Translations under genes and position numbers: made by a program | Shown here: piece after piece, positions 55,901 through 64,000 of the stretch | Position numbering within the stretch: the stretch's first letter is position 1 | Layout: every line of letters begins with the position of its first letter | Origin: an uncultured virus (IMG/VR IMGVR_UViG_3300021255_000111) | Taxonomy: Duplodnaviria > Heunggongvirae > Uroviricota > Caudoviricetes | IMG/VR virus record: IMGVR_UViG_3300021255_000111 | Direction: 5' to 3' (one strand) | DNA: 64,000 nt | The notes under the pieces: model-generated | What the model saw: the letters and a program-made list of their open reading frames with translations, nothing else | The model's database searches: none | What the model was told of the DNA's origin: nothing

Positions 55901-57462
55901 ACGTACAAAACGCTTCCAACAGAGCCGCCAAGGGCTTGCAGGACTTCGAGAAGGTTCTTGGAAACATCACCTCTGGAACACTCTCTGGATTCGCCAATGG
56001 TGTTGCAGGAATTATCAGTTCTCTGGCAGGAAAGACGGAGAAAGCCGCAGACGGCCTTGTAGGAGCCATCGGAGGAAAGGCAGGTGGCCTTATCGGTGCC
56101 ATTCTGCAAATCATAGATGCACTTGGTGATGACCCTGCAGGATTCATCAGCAACATTCTTGACAAGGTAGCGGACACTATTGATGCGATTCTCAGTCAAC
56201 TCCTTACTGATATAGTACCTGCCGTCTTGGAGGGTGTTGGAAAAATCCTCACTTCCATCCTTGATGGTGTGGCCAACATGGTTACGTTCGGTCTCGCAGG
56301 AGATATATTCGGTGGTCTCTTCGGAGGTGGTGGCCATGAGGAAGAGTACAAGAAGGATCTGGAGGACTGGAAATCGAAGATTGAGGCGAACACGTATGCC
56401 GTTGAGCAGCTGACCAAGAAGATGACCGATAAGACCAAATCGCCATCCGATGCGGCCAGAGAACGTGATGCCGCCCTCTCCGCTCTGCAAGGACAGATAG
56501 CATCGAACAGAGGTTCTGCAGACTTGATAGCAGGAGATTCGGATAAGGGCTATCACTCTTGGTACTACAAGCGAAATGATTCCGGCTTCGACTATAACCG
56601 CTTCAATAGTGTCCTGGCACAGCACGGCTCGAATACAAGGGTTGGCAATGCGCAGGGTGTCATGGGGCTGTCTGCACAGGATATTCAAATCCTTCGCACT
56701 TATGCAGGACAGGCATGGGCAGACTACTTCGGTGACGTTGACAGCGAGCGCAATCCTAACGAGATAAAGCAATATCTGGAGGCTATCGGTGATTTGGCAG
56801 AGAAGGATAAGGAAATCATTTCCGAGTTCTATGCCACTCTGACGAACATGACTTTTGAAGACTTGCGTAGCAACTTCAAGAGTAAGATGATGGATATGAA
56901 GAGTGATGCCAAGACGTTCACTGATGACTTCGCAGAAATGATGACCAGTTCTCTGATGGATTCCATGATGTCAACATCTGGACTGAATGAGGCTATCAGA
57001 CAATGGCAGATAAAGTGGGGTAAGGCCCTTGAAGATGATAACAAACTCAGCGACCAAGAACTGGAAGAGTTGCAGAGGGAGTACAATGACCTTGTTCAAC
57101 GCAGTCTGGAGGTTCGTGATGAAGCCGCCAAGATTACAGGCTATACCGATAAGTACGAGCAGGAAGCATCCTCCAAGGGATTCCAAGCCATGGGACAGGA
57201 TTTGGGTGCAGAACTAAACGGACGCTTCACTGCCGTCCAGATAGCAGGAGAGAACATCAGTGCTCAGATGCTTGTTGTCGTTGCCACCCTCAACAGTATC
57301 GCATCCTTCAACCAGTCATCGAACACCGCTGTCATAGAGATTCGTGACATGCTCATCTTCACCAACTCGTATCTGGAGGACGTGGTAAGATATGCCAAGT
57401 TGCTCTACAGCGACTTTGGCGAGAAACTGGATGATATAGTAAACAACACCAAAAAGTTATAA
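52903..57462 (+). CDS. Tape measure protein
   Basis: 1519 aa, alpha-helical, 'TPFDL..VADGAKQLLAYG' tape-measure domain. Confidence 0.92.
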   Translation: MAGIKFDITGDNRNVLQSFNEVQSGVKQMQRQVEDSGASIEDMFKRIGAVAGLTFAGVSAKEFVRNVMNVRGEFQKLEVAFTTMLQSEEKAASLMNQLVKTAAITPFDLKGVADGAKQLLAYGIAADEVNETLVHLGDIAAGLSIPLGDLVYLYGTTMVQGRMFTNDLRQFQGRGIPIAEELAKQFGVAKDKVGELVTAGKVGAEQVKKALMDMSSEGGKFGGLMEEQAKTINGQISNIEDAIDVMFNNIGKQNEGIINTALSGVSTLIENYEAVGKAIASAVAVYGVYKAAIMTVTAMQALQTAGVGALTVAETAHYGWIVLVEKAQKLLNATMLSNPYVLVATAIAGVVAIMMNMKSQQDLINEAEEEYNRKKEEAIAKEEEHKRKIEELLSVAGDEQLSTENRRLALVRLEMQYPSIFKKYDTEAEKLKHILDIKNQIAEIDGKNSVKNKSNELDSVNARIKELQAIRVNRFLSEHGGYVTSGRNRTDKENAELTALLRKRGELQNSISKEQGQSYLANLTGISNDDLQKQINERRNLLAKMQTTEKKYGRVQAGGAKGTYSANELQGQLQILEAEQNKRNEAKYTPAQQKAMAKKALDEAKKALADFDNSTTKYTTAEAEEARKKLTDAVSEAEKEYKKFGGKTGGKKTDPAKTFKQEQRYTDLEAELERKASRDAIDLEHSTRQAEIDAMEEGSKKTIAQIRLDYDRRKEEIDRGYEDLRIRKIEDAKKLWEANPANKDKAFDETTVDTSYTDAERKNYEALLKANETELARSLKAKTDMEIQAIRDYLKEYGTYQQQKLAIAQEYADKIAKAQREGNTTEVNRLRAEQRVTEGDAKARELAGGIDFSAVLTNVGSVAKALAEETYKRVQEYKGTDEYKNSSAESKKAISDLEARLIENGGAGSASPLSAKTWDDVTKAAERYDKALKDLQARTMEHSLAVEARKQAEEQLALTVEGTEEHLDALNAVAEAIKEENATGDAQQQAQGNVQAAGQDVQNASNRAAKGLQDFEKVLGNITSGTLSGFANGVAGIISSLAGKTEKAADGLVGAIGGKAGGLIGAILQIIDALGDDPAGFISNILDKVADTIDAILSQLLTDIVPAVLEGVGKILTSILDGVANMVTFGLAGDIFGGLFGGGGHEEEYKKDLEDWKSKIEANTYAVEQLTKKMTDKTKSPSDAARERDAALSALQGQIASNRGSADLIAGDSDKGYHSWYYKRNDSGFDYNRFNSVLAQHGSNTRVGNAQGVMGLSAQDIQILRTYAGQAWADYFGDVDSERNPNEIKQYLEAIGDLAEKDKEIISEFYATLTNMTFEDLRSNFKSKMMDMKSDAKTFTDDFAEMMTSSLMDSMMSTSGLNEAIRQWQIKWGKALEDDNKLSDQELEELQREYNDLVQRSLEVRDEAAKITGYTDKYEQEASSKGFQAMGQDLGAELNGRFTAVQIAGENISAQMLVVVATLNSIASFNQSSNTAVIEIRDMLIFTNSYLEDVVRYAKLLYSDFGEKLDDIVNNTKKL

Positions 57463-57465
57463 GAT

Positions 57466-57993
57466 ATGGACGAGTTCAGAAAGGAAATAGATGGAATACT
57501 CAAGCACCATCCAGAGACCTATTGTACCAAGGTAGCAGGCATGGTACGTGACGATAATGTCAGCACGATAGACTTCTTGAAGTTTGTCGGCATTGGCACC
57601 AATCTCATGCTGTGGGTATGGGGAAAGGGAAGCCTGCCAACCTCCATCTACAAGAAGTACAGGGATTTGGTCGCAGAGAGCGGAGTAAGGCTTTTCTTCA
57701 ATGAAGTGCCTGCTGACAGTCTGCCTACTGATATTGTTCTTGTTGAGGATGTCAACGGTCTTGACTTCACAGGAACACAGTGTAAGGTTGTCGCAAGGAA
57801 CGCCACTGTTATTGTTGAGAACAACCACGTCTGGGGCTATGCGAAATCAACAGTCATTGGCACAGGAGCGTGTGACGCTATCATTGACGATGAAAGTCAC
57901 TTTGTCGGCAAGTCTGACAAGTGCGGCTGTGAGACCTTCGACAGAGCGACATTCTCTGGAAAAGGCTATCATCTACACACGAACAGAAAATAA
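57466..57993 (+). CDS. Hypothetical tail-region protein
   Basis: Follows the tape measure gene. Confidence 0.6.
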   Translation: MDEFRKEIDGILKHHPETYCTKVAGMVRDDNVSTIDFLKFVGIGTNLMLWVWGKGSLPTSIYKKYRDLVAESGVRLFFNEVPADSLPTDIVLVEDVNGLDFTGTQCKVVARNATVIVENNHVWGYAKSTVIGTGACDAIIDDESHFVGKSDKCGCETFDRATFSGKGYHLHTNRK

Positions 57994-57998
57994 CCGGT

Positions 57999-58084
57999 TT
58001 CTCAGCGTCTTTCGCTGTTGCGCCCTTACAACTATCCATCCAGAGGATAAAACGATCGCACAGCGGACGCTACGAAGTCCTACG
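57999..58084 (+). repeat. Short intergenic repeat, copy E5
   Basis: ttctcagcgt...cgcccttacaactatccatccagaggataaaacgatcgcacagcg. Confidence 0.75.
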
Positions 58085-58115
58085 AAGATTCTAAGAAACA
58101 TAACATCATACAACT

Positions 58116-58538
58116 ATGCAAGGAGAGTTGATTATCAATGGCCATGATGTCTATACGGACTATGGCATCAGCATGACACAGCATGGATTGTCTGCCTTGA
58201 TGACACCTGCACCGATGAAATCCTTCATCGAGAGCAAGAGCCGTCAGCAACACGGCAAGCGATTCGTGAACAAAGACCCTCGGAAGGATTCGAGAGAACT
58301 GACGCTACCCATCCATCTGACCGCACGTAACAGAAGCCAGTTCTTTGACAGATACTCGCGTTTCTGCGAAGAGATACTGGCAACAGGCTATCTGGAAATA
58401 CGCACCATGTATCAGCCTACAGTCCTGTACCGTTGCCTGTACACATCATGCTCGCAGTTCACGGAGTTTATCACGGAGTATGCCAGTTTCTCATTGAAGT
58501 TGACGGAGCCAGACCCTACGAATAGGGCCATCGAATAA
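58116..58538 (+). CDS. Distal tail protein-like
   Basis: Position; 'LTEPDP' C-terminus. Confidence 0.65.
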   Translation: MQGELIINGHDVYTDYGISMTQHGLSALMTPAPMKSFIESKSRQQHGKRFVNKDPRKDSRELTLPIHLTARNRSQFFDRYSRFCEEILATGYLEIRTMYQPTVLYRCLYTSCSQFTEFITEYASFSLKLTEPDPTNRAIE

Positions 58539-58554
58539 TAAATTCCGTTAATTC

Positions 58555-58587
58555 TATTTGTTATTCAAATAGTTTTTGGTATCTTTG
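58555..58587 (+). promoter_or_regulatory. Class II promoter of tail-tip genes
   Basis: TATTTGTTATTCAAATA; TTTG-N19-TATCTTTG. Confidence 0.8.
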
Positions 58588-58603
58588 TCCCAAGTTTTGC
58601 AAG

Positions 58604-61414
58604 ATGATACAGGTAAAGAGACTAAGCGGTGAGACGCTCATCACTCTGGATGCAGTACCAGAGGGCGCATTGGTTCACAGGGAACTGATGGCAGACCACT
58701 ATGTGAAGTTGCCATTCGACCTTGATGAGCCTGTGTACCTTCGCCTTGGTGACTATATAGAACTGCCAGACTTCGGCCACTTTGAACTCATCTTTCCTTA
58801 CGCTCCCAAGTTTGACGTGAACACAGGAGCGTATAAGTACGACCTCCAGTTGGATGCGTACTATATGAAATGGAAGAATAAGAAGTGCCGTTATATCCCA
58901 ACTGCATCTGCCAGTGAGACCTCGTTTCATCTGACGGCCACTGTTGCTACCCATCTGAATGTCATCGTCAATGGTATCAATGCCGTTGGTGACCTTGACA
59001 GCAACTTCCGCTATAACCAGACAACAAGTTTCCGTTTTGAGTTGAGGAATTTTCCTGCTGACAAGGTGGATGCCGCCAAGTACATGCAGTATGACAATAT
59101 CGACTTCATTACTGCCTTGAACAACCTCGCAGCCCTCTTCGAATGTGAATGGTGGGTAGAGGCCAACACCATCTATTTCGGCAAGTGCCAGTTGAATGGT
59201 GAGGAAGTTGAGTTTGAACTGGATCAGAACGTAGAGGAAATGACCAGTTCCGAGAGCAGTAACGAGTTCGCCACACGTATCATCGCCTTTGGCTCTACTC
59301 GCAACCTGCCATCGAACTACAGGGCGAACCAGTCAGCAGATGTTACCGTCAACGGTGTTGTTCAGAAGAGATTGATGCTCCCTGCATCCTTATGCCCAAG
59401 AGGGTACGTGCAGGATTCCACTGTTGTCAACGAGACTGAAGCTGTCGAGGCCATCGTTATTGATGAGGACATCTATCCGCACGTTGATTGTGTCGTAAGC
59501 CGTATCGAGACATACGAAAAAACCGTTGAGGATGAGGAAACAGGTGAGACAGTCACCAGAACGTTCTACCGTCTCTATGATGGCAGCGGATTCAACTTCA
59601 GTACTGACATGATTCTGGATGGCGAGACACTGCATATCCTCTTCCAGTCTGGTGCCATGAACGGCATGGACTTCGAGTGCCACTATGACGATACCGGGAA
59701 GTATTACGAGGTGGTGGCCAACGAGGACTATGGACGTTTCCTGCCAGACACCTCCCTGCATCCAAGCGTGAATGATAAGTTTGTCCTTCTGAACTGGGAT
59801 GCCACGAAGATTGCCGAGACAGGTATCATTGATGATGCCGAGCAGGAGTTGTACAGGATGGTATGTGACAAGTTGGAGGACATGAAGATAGACCCGAACA
59901 CCTATACGTGTGTCATGCGTTCTGATGAATACTCTGACATGATGGATGAGGAATCCTTCGTCAAGTACGACATCGGTCAGAGGGCAAGGCTTATCAATCC
60001 AACCTATTTCCAGTACGGACGCAGTAGCCGTATTATTGGCTATGAGATAAAACTGGATATTCCTTACGACACCCCGAAATACATTGTCGGTGAGGCTACT
60101 GCCTACTCGCACATGAAGGACATGCAGGGTCAGATTGATGCCATCACGTACAATGGTGTCAGTTACTCCGGCAACGGAAATGGTGGAGGTTCTGGTATCT
60201 ACCTCATCACCTCTACAGACACTACACCGTCAAGCGACAGTAACGCCTACTCTGCCAGACGCTCTGACAGAATGTTCCTCAGACGTGACAGAGCAGATAC
60301 AGCCTACGGACAGATAACACATGAACAGCGTTCTATCCACAAACAGGGAGCACAGTTCGGTGAGCAGTTTGTTCCTGGCCTTGTTGGTCGTGGTGGAGCG
60401 ATAGACGGCAACGGCAACGGTGAAATGCGCTCTCTGAAACTCTGGGAATGGCTGGAAGTGCCAGAGTTGCGTTACAACCGCATCACCATCTATACAGGAA
60501 TCCGATGGGACACCTTCGGAGGCGGCATCATTGAAAGCATCACTCCAGACGCACATGGTGGAGAATACGGCTCCGGCACACTGAAACTGGAGGATGGTGA
60601 GATAGGAGCCATCGCTGTAGGTGACTTGTGTATGGGTATCTGGCATGACCAGAGCGGCAATGCTGATGCGAACACCGATGACAACAGAGGTAACTTCACG
60701 TTCGCAGGCTTCAAGACTGTGTATTTCCAGATTACAGGAGTGAGCGGAGCCAACAACCAGAACTTCACATACCTTCTGAGAGGACAGTTGGAGGGAGGCA
60801 ACGGCATCCATCCGTTTGTCGGCATGAGTTTCGCAGGACGTGGCAATGTCAGCAACACCCAACGTCAGGCGTTCACCTATACGACAACGGAGTATTCCTT
60901 GTCTCTCACAGGCGTTTCTACTTGGGAATTTCAGCCCCTTAACTACTATGAGATTCGAGGCCATATAGAAGGTTTCTCGATGCCTGCAGTAGATGCAAGC
61001 GGACATACCTACACCAAGGTATTCCACGGCTACGGACAGGTATTCGGCAATGCGTACATCTTCGGCCAGTTAGACACCTTTGAGCGAATAGGCTACAGAA
61101 TGTCAATAGAGCAATCTCTTGGAGGCTCTTTGGCTCCTGGCGAAACGGAAGATGTGACCTGCACCATCTTCAACGGCTACGGTGTGAACGTCACAGACCA
61201 GTTCACTCACTTCTCGGTAACGAGGAACACAGGAGATGCGGCCTCTGATGCTGTGTGGAATGCACAACACCAGAGCGTCACCAATCCTTTCAGAATAAGT
61301 TTCAATGACCTCGGACTGGATGGCCTTCATAAGATTATGGCTACCTTCAACGTAGTGGCTACAGATGAGGCTACAGACAATACAGCAAACGGACAGGCAA
61401 ATTATTTCAGTTAA
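58604..61414 (+). CDS. Tail tip/baseplate hub protein
   Basis: 936 aa after the distal tail gene; 'ATRIIAFGSTRNLP'. Confidence 0.75.
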   Translation: MIQVKRLSGETLITLDAVPEGALVHRELMADHYVKLPFDLDEPVYLRLGDYIELPDFGHFELIFPYAPKFDVNTGAYKYDLQLDAYYMKWKNKKCRYIPTASASETSFHLTATVATHLNVIVNGINAVGDLDSNFRYNQTTSFRFELRNFPADKVDAAKYMQYDNIDFITALNNLAALFECEWWVEANTIYFGKCQLNGEEVEFELDQNVEEMTSSESSNEFATRIIAFGSTRNLPSNYRANQSADVTVNGVVQKRLMLPASLCPRGYVQDSTVVNETEAVEAIVIDEDIYPHVDCVVSRIETYEKTVEDEETGETVTRTFYRLYDGSGFNFSTDMILDGETLHILFQSGAMNGMDFECHYDDTGKYYEVVANEDYGRFLPDTSLHPSVNDKFVLLNWDATKIAETGIIDDAEQELYRMVCDKLEDMKIDPNTYTCVMRSDEYSDMMDEESFVKYDIGQRARLINPTYFQYGRSSRIIGYEIKLDIPYDTPKYIVGEATAYSHMKDMQGQIDAITYNGVSYSGNGNGGGSGIYLITSTDTTPSSDSNAYSARRSDRMFLRRDRADTAYGQITHEQRSIHKQGAQFGEQFVPGLVGRGGAIDGNGNGEMRSLKLWEWLEVPELRYNRITIYTGIRWDTFGGGIIESITPDAHGGEYGSGTLKLEDGEIGAIAVGDLCMGIWHDQSGNADANTDDNRGNFTFAGFKTVYFQITGVSGANNQNFTYLLRGQLEGGNGIHPFVGMSFAGRGNVSNTQRQAFTYTTTEYSLSLTGVSTWEFQPLNYYEIRGHIEGFSMPAVDASGHTYTKVFHGYGQVFGNAYIFGQLDTFERIGYRMSIEQSLGGSLAPGETEDVTCTIFNGYGVNVTDQFTHFSVTRNTGDAASDAVWNAQHQSVTNPFRISFNDLGLDGLHKIMATFNVVATDEATDNTANGQANYFS

Positions 61415-61417
61415 GAT

Positions 61418-62674
61418 ATGAATGAGAATCAGTTTTCCTCACAGAGGACACATACCAGAGTAAAGTTTGAGCCGCTGACTACCAGTTGTCAGTTGGTGTG
61501 CATCACGCCTCAATCGCCAACCACCCAGAGCATAAACGTTCTGAGCGGTTCGCCTCAGTACGAGCCTAACAGGTCTCTGACACCTACTGTTGTTTTCCCA
61601 GATGTACGTGCCATGGACCCAGACAACATCTTTCATCACGGCCCTGCGAACGTCTATCTGTCTCTTGATTCCCTGCAATGGTTTGTCGATGACGCTCCGA
61701 TAGCGGACGTATGGACTGCCGGTACAGACTATGAGATAGACACTACAGAGGCAGACACCAGAGGCTCTTTGAAGGTCAAGAAAAACCTCCCTGCATCCAG
61801 TAAGGCAGTGCTCCGCTTCAAGGGCAGTTTCCTCGACTGGCGTACAGGAACTATCTATAATGTTGAGAGTGACGATATGGCTCTCACCTGCACAGACAAA
61901 GGCAGCGATTCTCTGTCATGCTCCGTAGACAAGCCGAATATTGAGTACGACCCATTGTTTGATGACCTGTTGCTGTATGACTACAAGGTTGCGAGAGGTA
62001 TCACCGTGCAAGGCTCCAGAGCGGACTACGTCAATGGTAAGTGCTATGAGCAGAGCGTGAACGTTATCCTCGTCTCTGGTACATCGCAACTGAACAGCCT
62101 GCCTGCAGGAATGACCATGCGTGTGGTGCGCTTCGGACAGTCAACGGCTCTCGTTCCACTGTCTGAGACCTCTCCAGAACTGATGGCCGCTACTTTCCCA
62201 ACCATCAAGTTTGACATGCGAATGATTGACAAGGGAGAGTACGAGGTACAGTTTGTCAAGGACGGCAATGTTGTTGCCAAGGCCACCATCGGACTTCATA
62301 CCTCCACAACCATGCCGAACTTCGGCAAGCCGTTGAGGAACGCTGACATATCACCATCCCAGAAGGCATACGTCAACAGCGTTATCCTCAATCTGGAGGA
62401 CAGGCTTGTGGAATATCCAGAGTGCTACTATCTGATAGAATGGTTCACACAGGCCAAGTATAACGATAACGGCACATGGAAGTATGCCGCTGAAAAGACA
62501 TGGCAGAGAGGCGAACACCTCCTTGCCGCCATCGAAGGACTTGACATCGGCCTAACGGTCAATGACAGTTTCTTCGACCTCTGGTTTAACGTAGATGCCC
62601 ACCCTGCACGTCAACTTCTGACGAATGAGAATGGAGAGGTGCTTTCATGTAATGGCGAACCACTAATAGGATAA
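61418..62674 (+). CDS. Tail-associated structural protein
   Basis: Beta-rich, in the tail module. Confidence 0.6.
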   Translation: MNENQFSSQRTHTRVKFEPLTTSCQLVCITPQSPTTQSINVLSGSPQYEPNRSLTPTVVFPDVRAMDPDNIFHHGPANVYLSLDSLQWFVDDAPIADVWTAGTDYEIDTTEADTRGSLKVKKNLPASSKAVLRFKGSFLDWRTGTIYNVESDDMALTCTDKGSDSLSCSVDKPNIEYDPLFDDLLLYDYKVARGITVQGSRADYVNGKCYEQSVNVILVSGTSQLNSLPAGMTMRVVRFGQSTALVPLSETSPELMAATFPTIKFDMRMIDKGEYEVQFVKDGNVVAKATIGLHTSTTMPNFGKPLRNADISPSQKAYVNSVILNLEDRLVEYPECYYLIEWFTQAKYNDNGTWKYAAEKTWQRGEHLLAAIEGLDIGLTVNDSFFDLWFNVDAHPARQLLTNENGEVLSCNGEPLIG

Positions 62675-62677
62675 GAT

Positions 62678-62887
62678 ATGTTGTATTCAATTATTGATAC
62701 CAAGAAAGGAGAGGCGCACGGCATCGTTCCACGCCTCCACATACTCTGCGACAAAGGAACGAAGATGATTGTCAATGAGAACGAGTTGCGTACTGTCAAC
62801 CAAGATATAGATGCTGCGGCTGAAATGCTTGGCGGCACAGTGATGACAGAAGGAGAGATTATCAATGAAACAAAGAAACTGAAATAA
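62678..62887 (+). CDS. Small hypothetical protein
   Basis: Operon packing. Confidence 0.55.
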   Translation: MLYSIIDTKKGEAHGIVPRLHILCDKGTKMIVNENELRTVNQDIDAAAEMLGGTVMTEGEIINETKKLK

Positions 62888-62893
62888 AAGATT

Positions 62894-63931
62894 ATGAGTA
62901 AGACAGCAGGTGCGGCTTTCTCCGTCCGCTTCCTTCGTAACGGAGACCAAGTATATGTTACTCGTGACATTCTTCTGAGTAGCGGAGTAGGTGCCGCATT
63001 GTTCCAAGTCGTAGATCCGACAAGCGGTACAGTTGCTCCAGACTGGACGGTAGCGGCCAATCAGCCTATCATCCGTCTTGGTGTGCGCTCTTCTGCAGGT
63101 TATGATGCAGAGATAACAGGTGTGACATGGGCCTATGCAGGAACCACCCTCAACTTCACGTTGGACGGCTCTACATGGGTGACGGCTACAAACAACAGCA
63201 AGTTCCAAGCCAGAATCAATGGCCACTACTACGAACTGAAGATTGTCGGCAACCTCGCCAGTAAGACAGAGGTAGCGAACAAGCAGATTTCGTATGAGGT
63301 CAACTATATCAGCAACGCCATGACCGATAAGGTCAACGGTAGTGTTGATGTTCTTATCCAGACCTCTGGTTCTGATAGCCACATCATGCAGATAACCACG
63401 AACAGGGTTGAACTGGATATTACACACGACACGGCAACACTGACTGCCGTTGGCTACTATGGCACTGAGCCTGTCACTATCGGCTCTAACGGCTATACCA
63501 TCAAGTGGTACCAAGACGGCACAGAGATTGTCGGCCAGACATCGAACACGCTAACCGTCACAAGGGCTATGGTGGAAGGTGGCAGTATCTTCATCGCCAA
63601 ACTGTTCCTCAACGGCAATGCTGTTGCACAGGACAGTCAGCGTATCAACGATATTGCCGATGAGTACCAAGTTGCCTACGCTCCCACGAGTGCAGGAAGT
63701 AACTACTGCGGCATAGGCCATAATGCCGTATATACCCTCTCAGTAACCAGAAACGGCAACCCCTTCTCTGGCTCAGTGTCATACGAGTGGCAGATACTCA
63801 ACGCTGTTGGGGAGTTGAAGGGCAGTGGTACTGGCCAGACCGTCACCATCACTCCAGACCACTGCTTGGTAGGCAATGGCGAAGGTGCGTACCATGCCGA
63901 TGCTGATGTTCAAGTAACTGCAACATTCTAA
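62894..63931 (+). CDS. Ig-like-domain tail protein
   Basis: 'YTIKWYQDG...TLTVT', 'SYEWQI...TVTIT' Ig-like repeats. Confidence 0.65.
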   Translation: MSKTAGAAFSVRFLRNGDQVYVTRDILLSSGVGAALFQVVDPTSGTVAPDWTVAANQPIIRLGVRSSAGYDAEITGVTWAYAGTTLNFTLDGSTWVTATNNSKFQARINGHYYELKIVGNLASKTEVANKQISYEVNYISNAMTDKVNGSVDVLIQTSGSDSHIMQITTNRVELDITHDTATLTAVGYYGTEPVTIGSNGYTIKWYQDGTEIVGQTSNTLTVTRAMVEGGSIFIAKLFLNGNAVAQDSQRINDIADEYQVAYAPTSAGSNYCGIGHNAVYTLSVTRNGNPFSGSVSYEWQILNAVGELKGSGTGQTVTITPDHCLVGNGEGAYHADADVQVTATF

Positions 63932-64000
63932 CCATATAAAGATATGAAAGATATTACAAATTCCCCTTTCGTACACTCAATGAGTGACAGCAACTCCATC

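Larger units (their letters stand above)
1..64000. mobile_element. Temperate Bacteroidales siphovirus-like phage genome segment (excised/attP form)
   Basis: Contiguous lysis, integrase, attP, immunity, replication, terminase, portal, capsid, tape-measure and tail genes; no host housekeeping region; Bacteroidetes-type promoters. Confidence 0.95.

Noticed and set aside
1..64000. CRISPR array or cas genes
   Set aside because: No regularly spaced repeat-spacer array; the PD-(D/E)XK gene sits in a normal recombination module
1..64000. Stop-codon reassignment
   Set aside because: Long genes are intact in the standard code, and TAA, TAG and TGA all end genes at tight junctions
1..64000. DGR template repeat or reverse transcriptase in the window
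   Set aside because: No RT motifs in any ORF and no AAC-rich copy of 20846-20960 seen by eye; they may lie outside the window
1..64000. Apparent scarcity of some 4-mers (CCGG, AGCT, GATC)
   Set aside because: Impression only; needs k-mer counts against a Markov background

Overview
The whole window is phage DNA: about 64 kb of a temperate long-tailed (siphovirus-like) phage of a Bacteroidales host, possibly Prevotella-like. The host call rests on the TTTG-N19-TAnnTTTG promoters and on the gene families. The phage appears in its excised/episomal arrangement: lysis cassette, tyrosine integrase, then an intact attP (3' half of tRNA-Ser(GGA) with TTGCGGT arm repeats on both sides). These are followed by immunity, recombination/replication, a C5 methyltransferase plus a glycosyl-modification cluster, terminases, portal, head, tRNA-Lys and tail genes. 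Islands of small early/anti-defence genes (ArdC-like, MutS-I, YodL, DUF2958) are inserted between modules. The most striking unexplained structure is a candidate RNA-based regulon. Fifteen gene starts share the leader (A)GAGCA-ATG. A ~70-nt promoter/hairpin/seed/terminator unit just after terL (33897-33965) is the perfect reverse complement of these starts over 9-19 nt, and a second RNA carrying the same seed lies in the capsid-operon leader. Other highlights: a DGR-type variable repeat in a non-tail gene, a glf/glycosyltransferase/ATP-grasp cluster beside the terminase, a MuF-GNAT toxin-immunity candidate, a duplicated iteron array, and nine co-oriented intergenic repeats. Product calls come from motif recognition only; no database searches were run.
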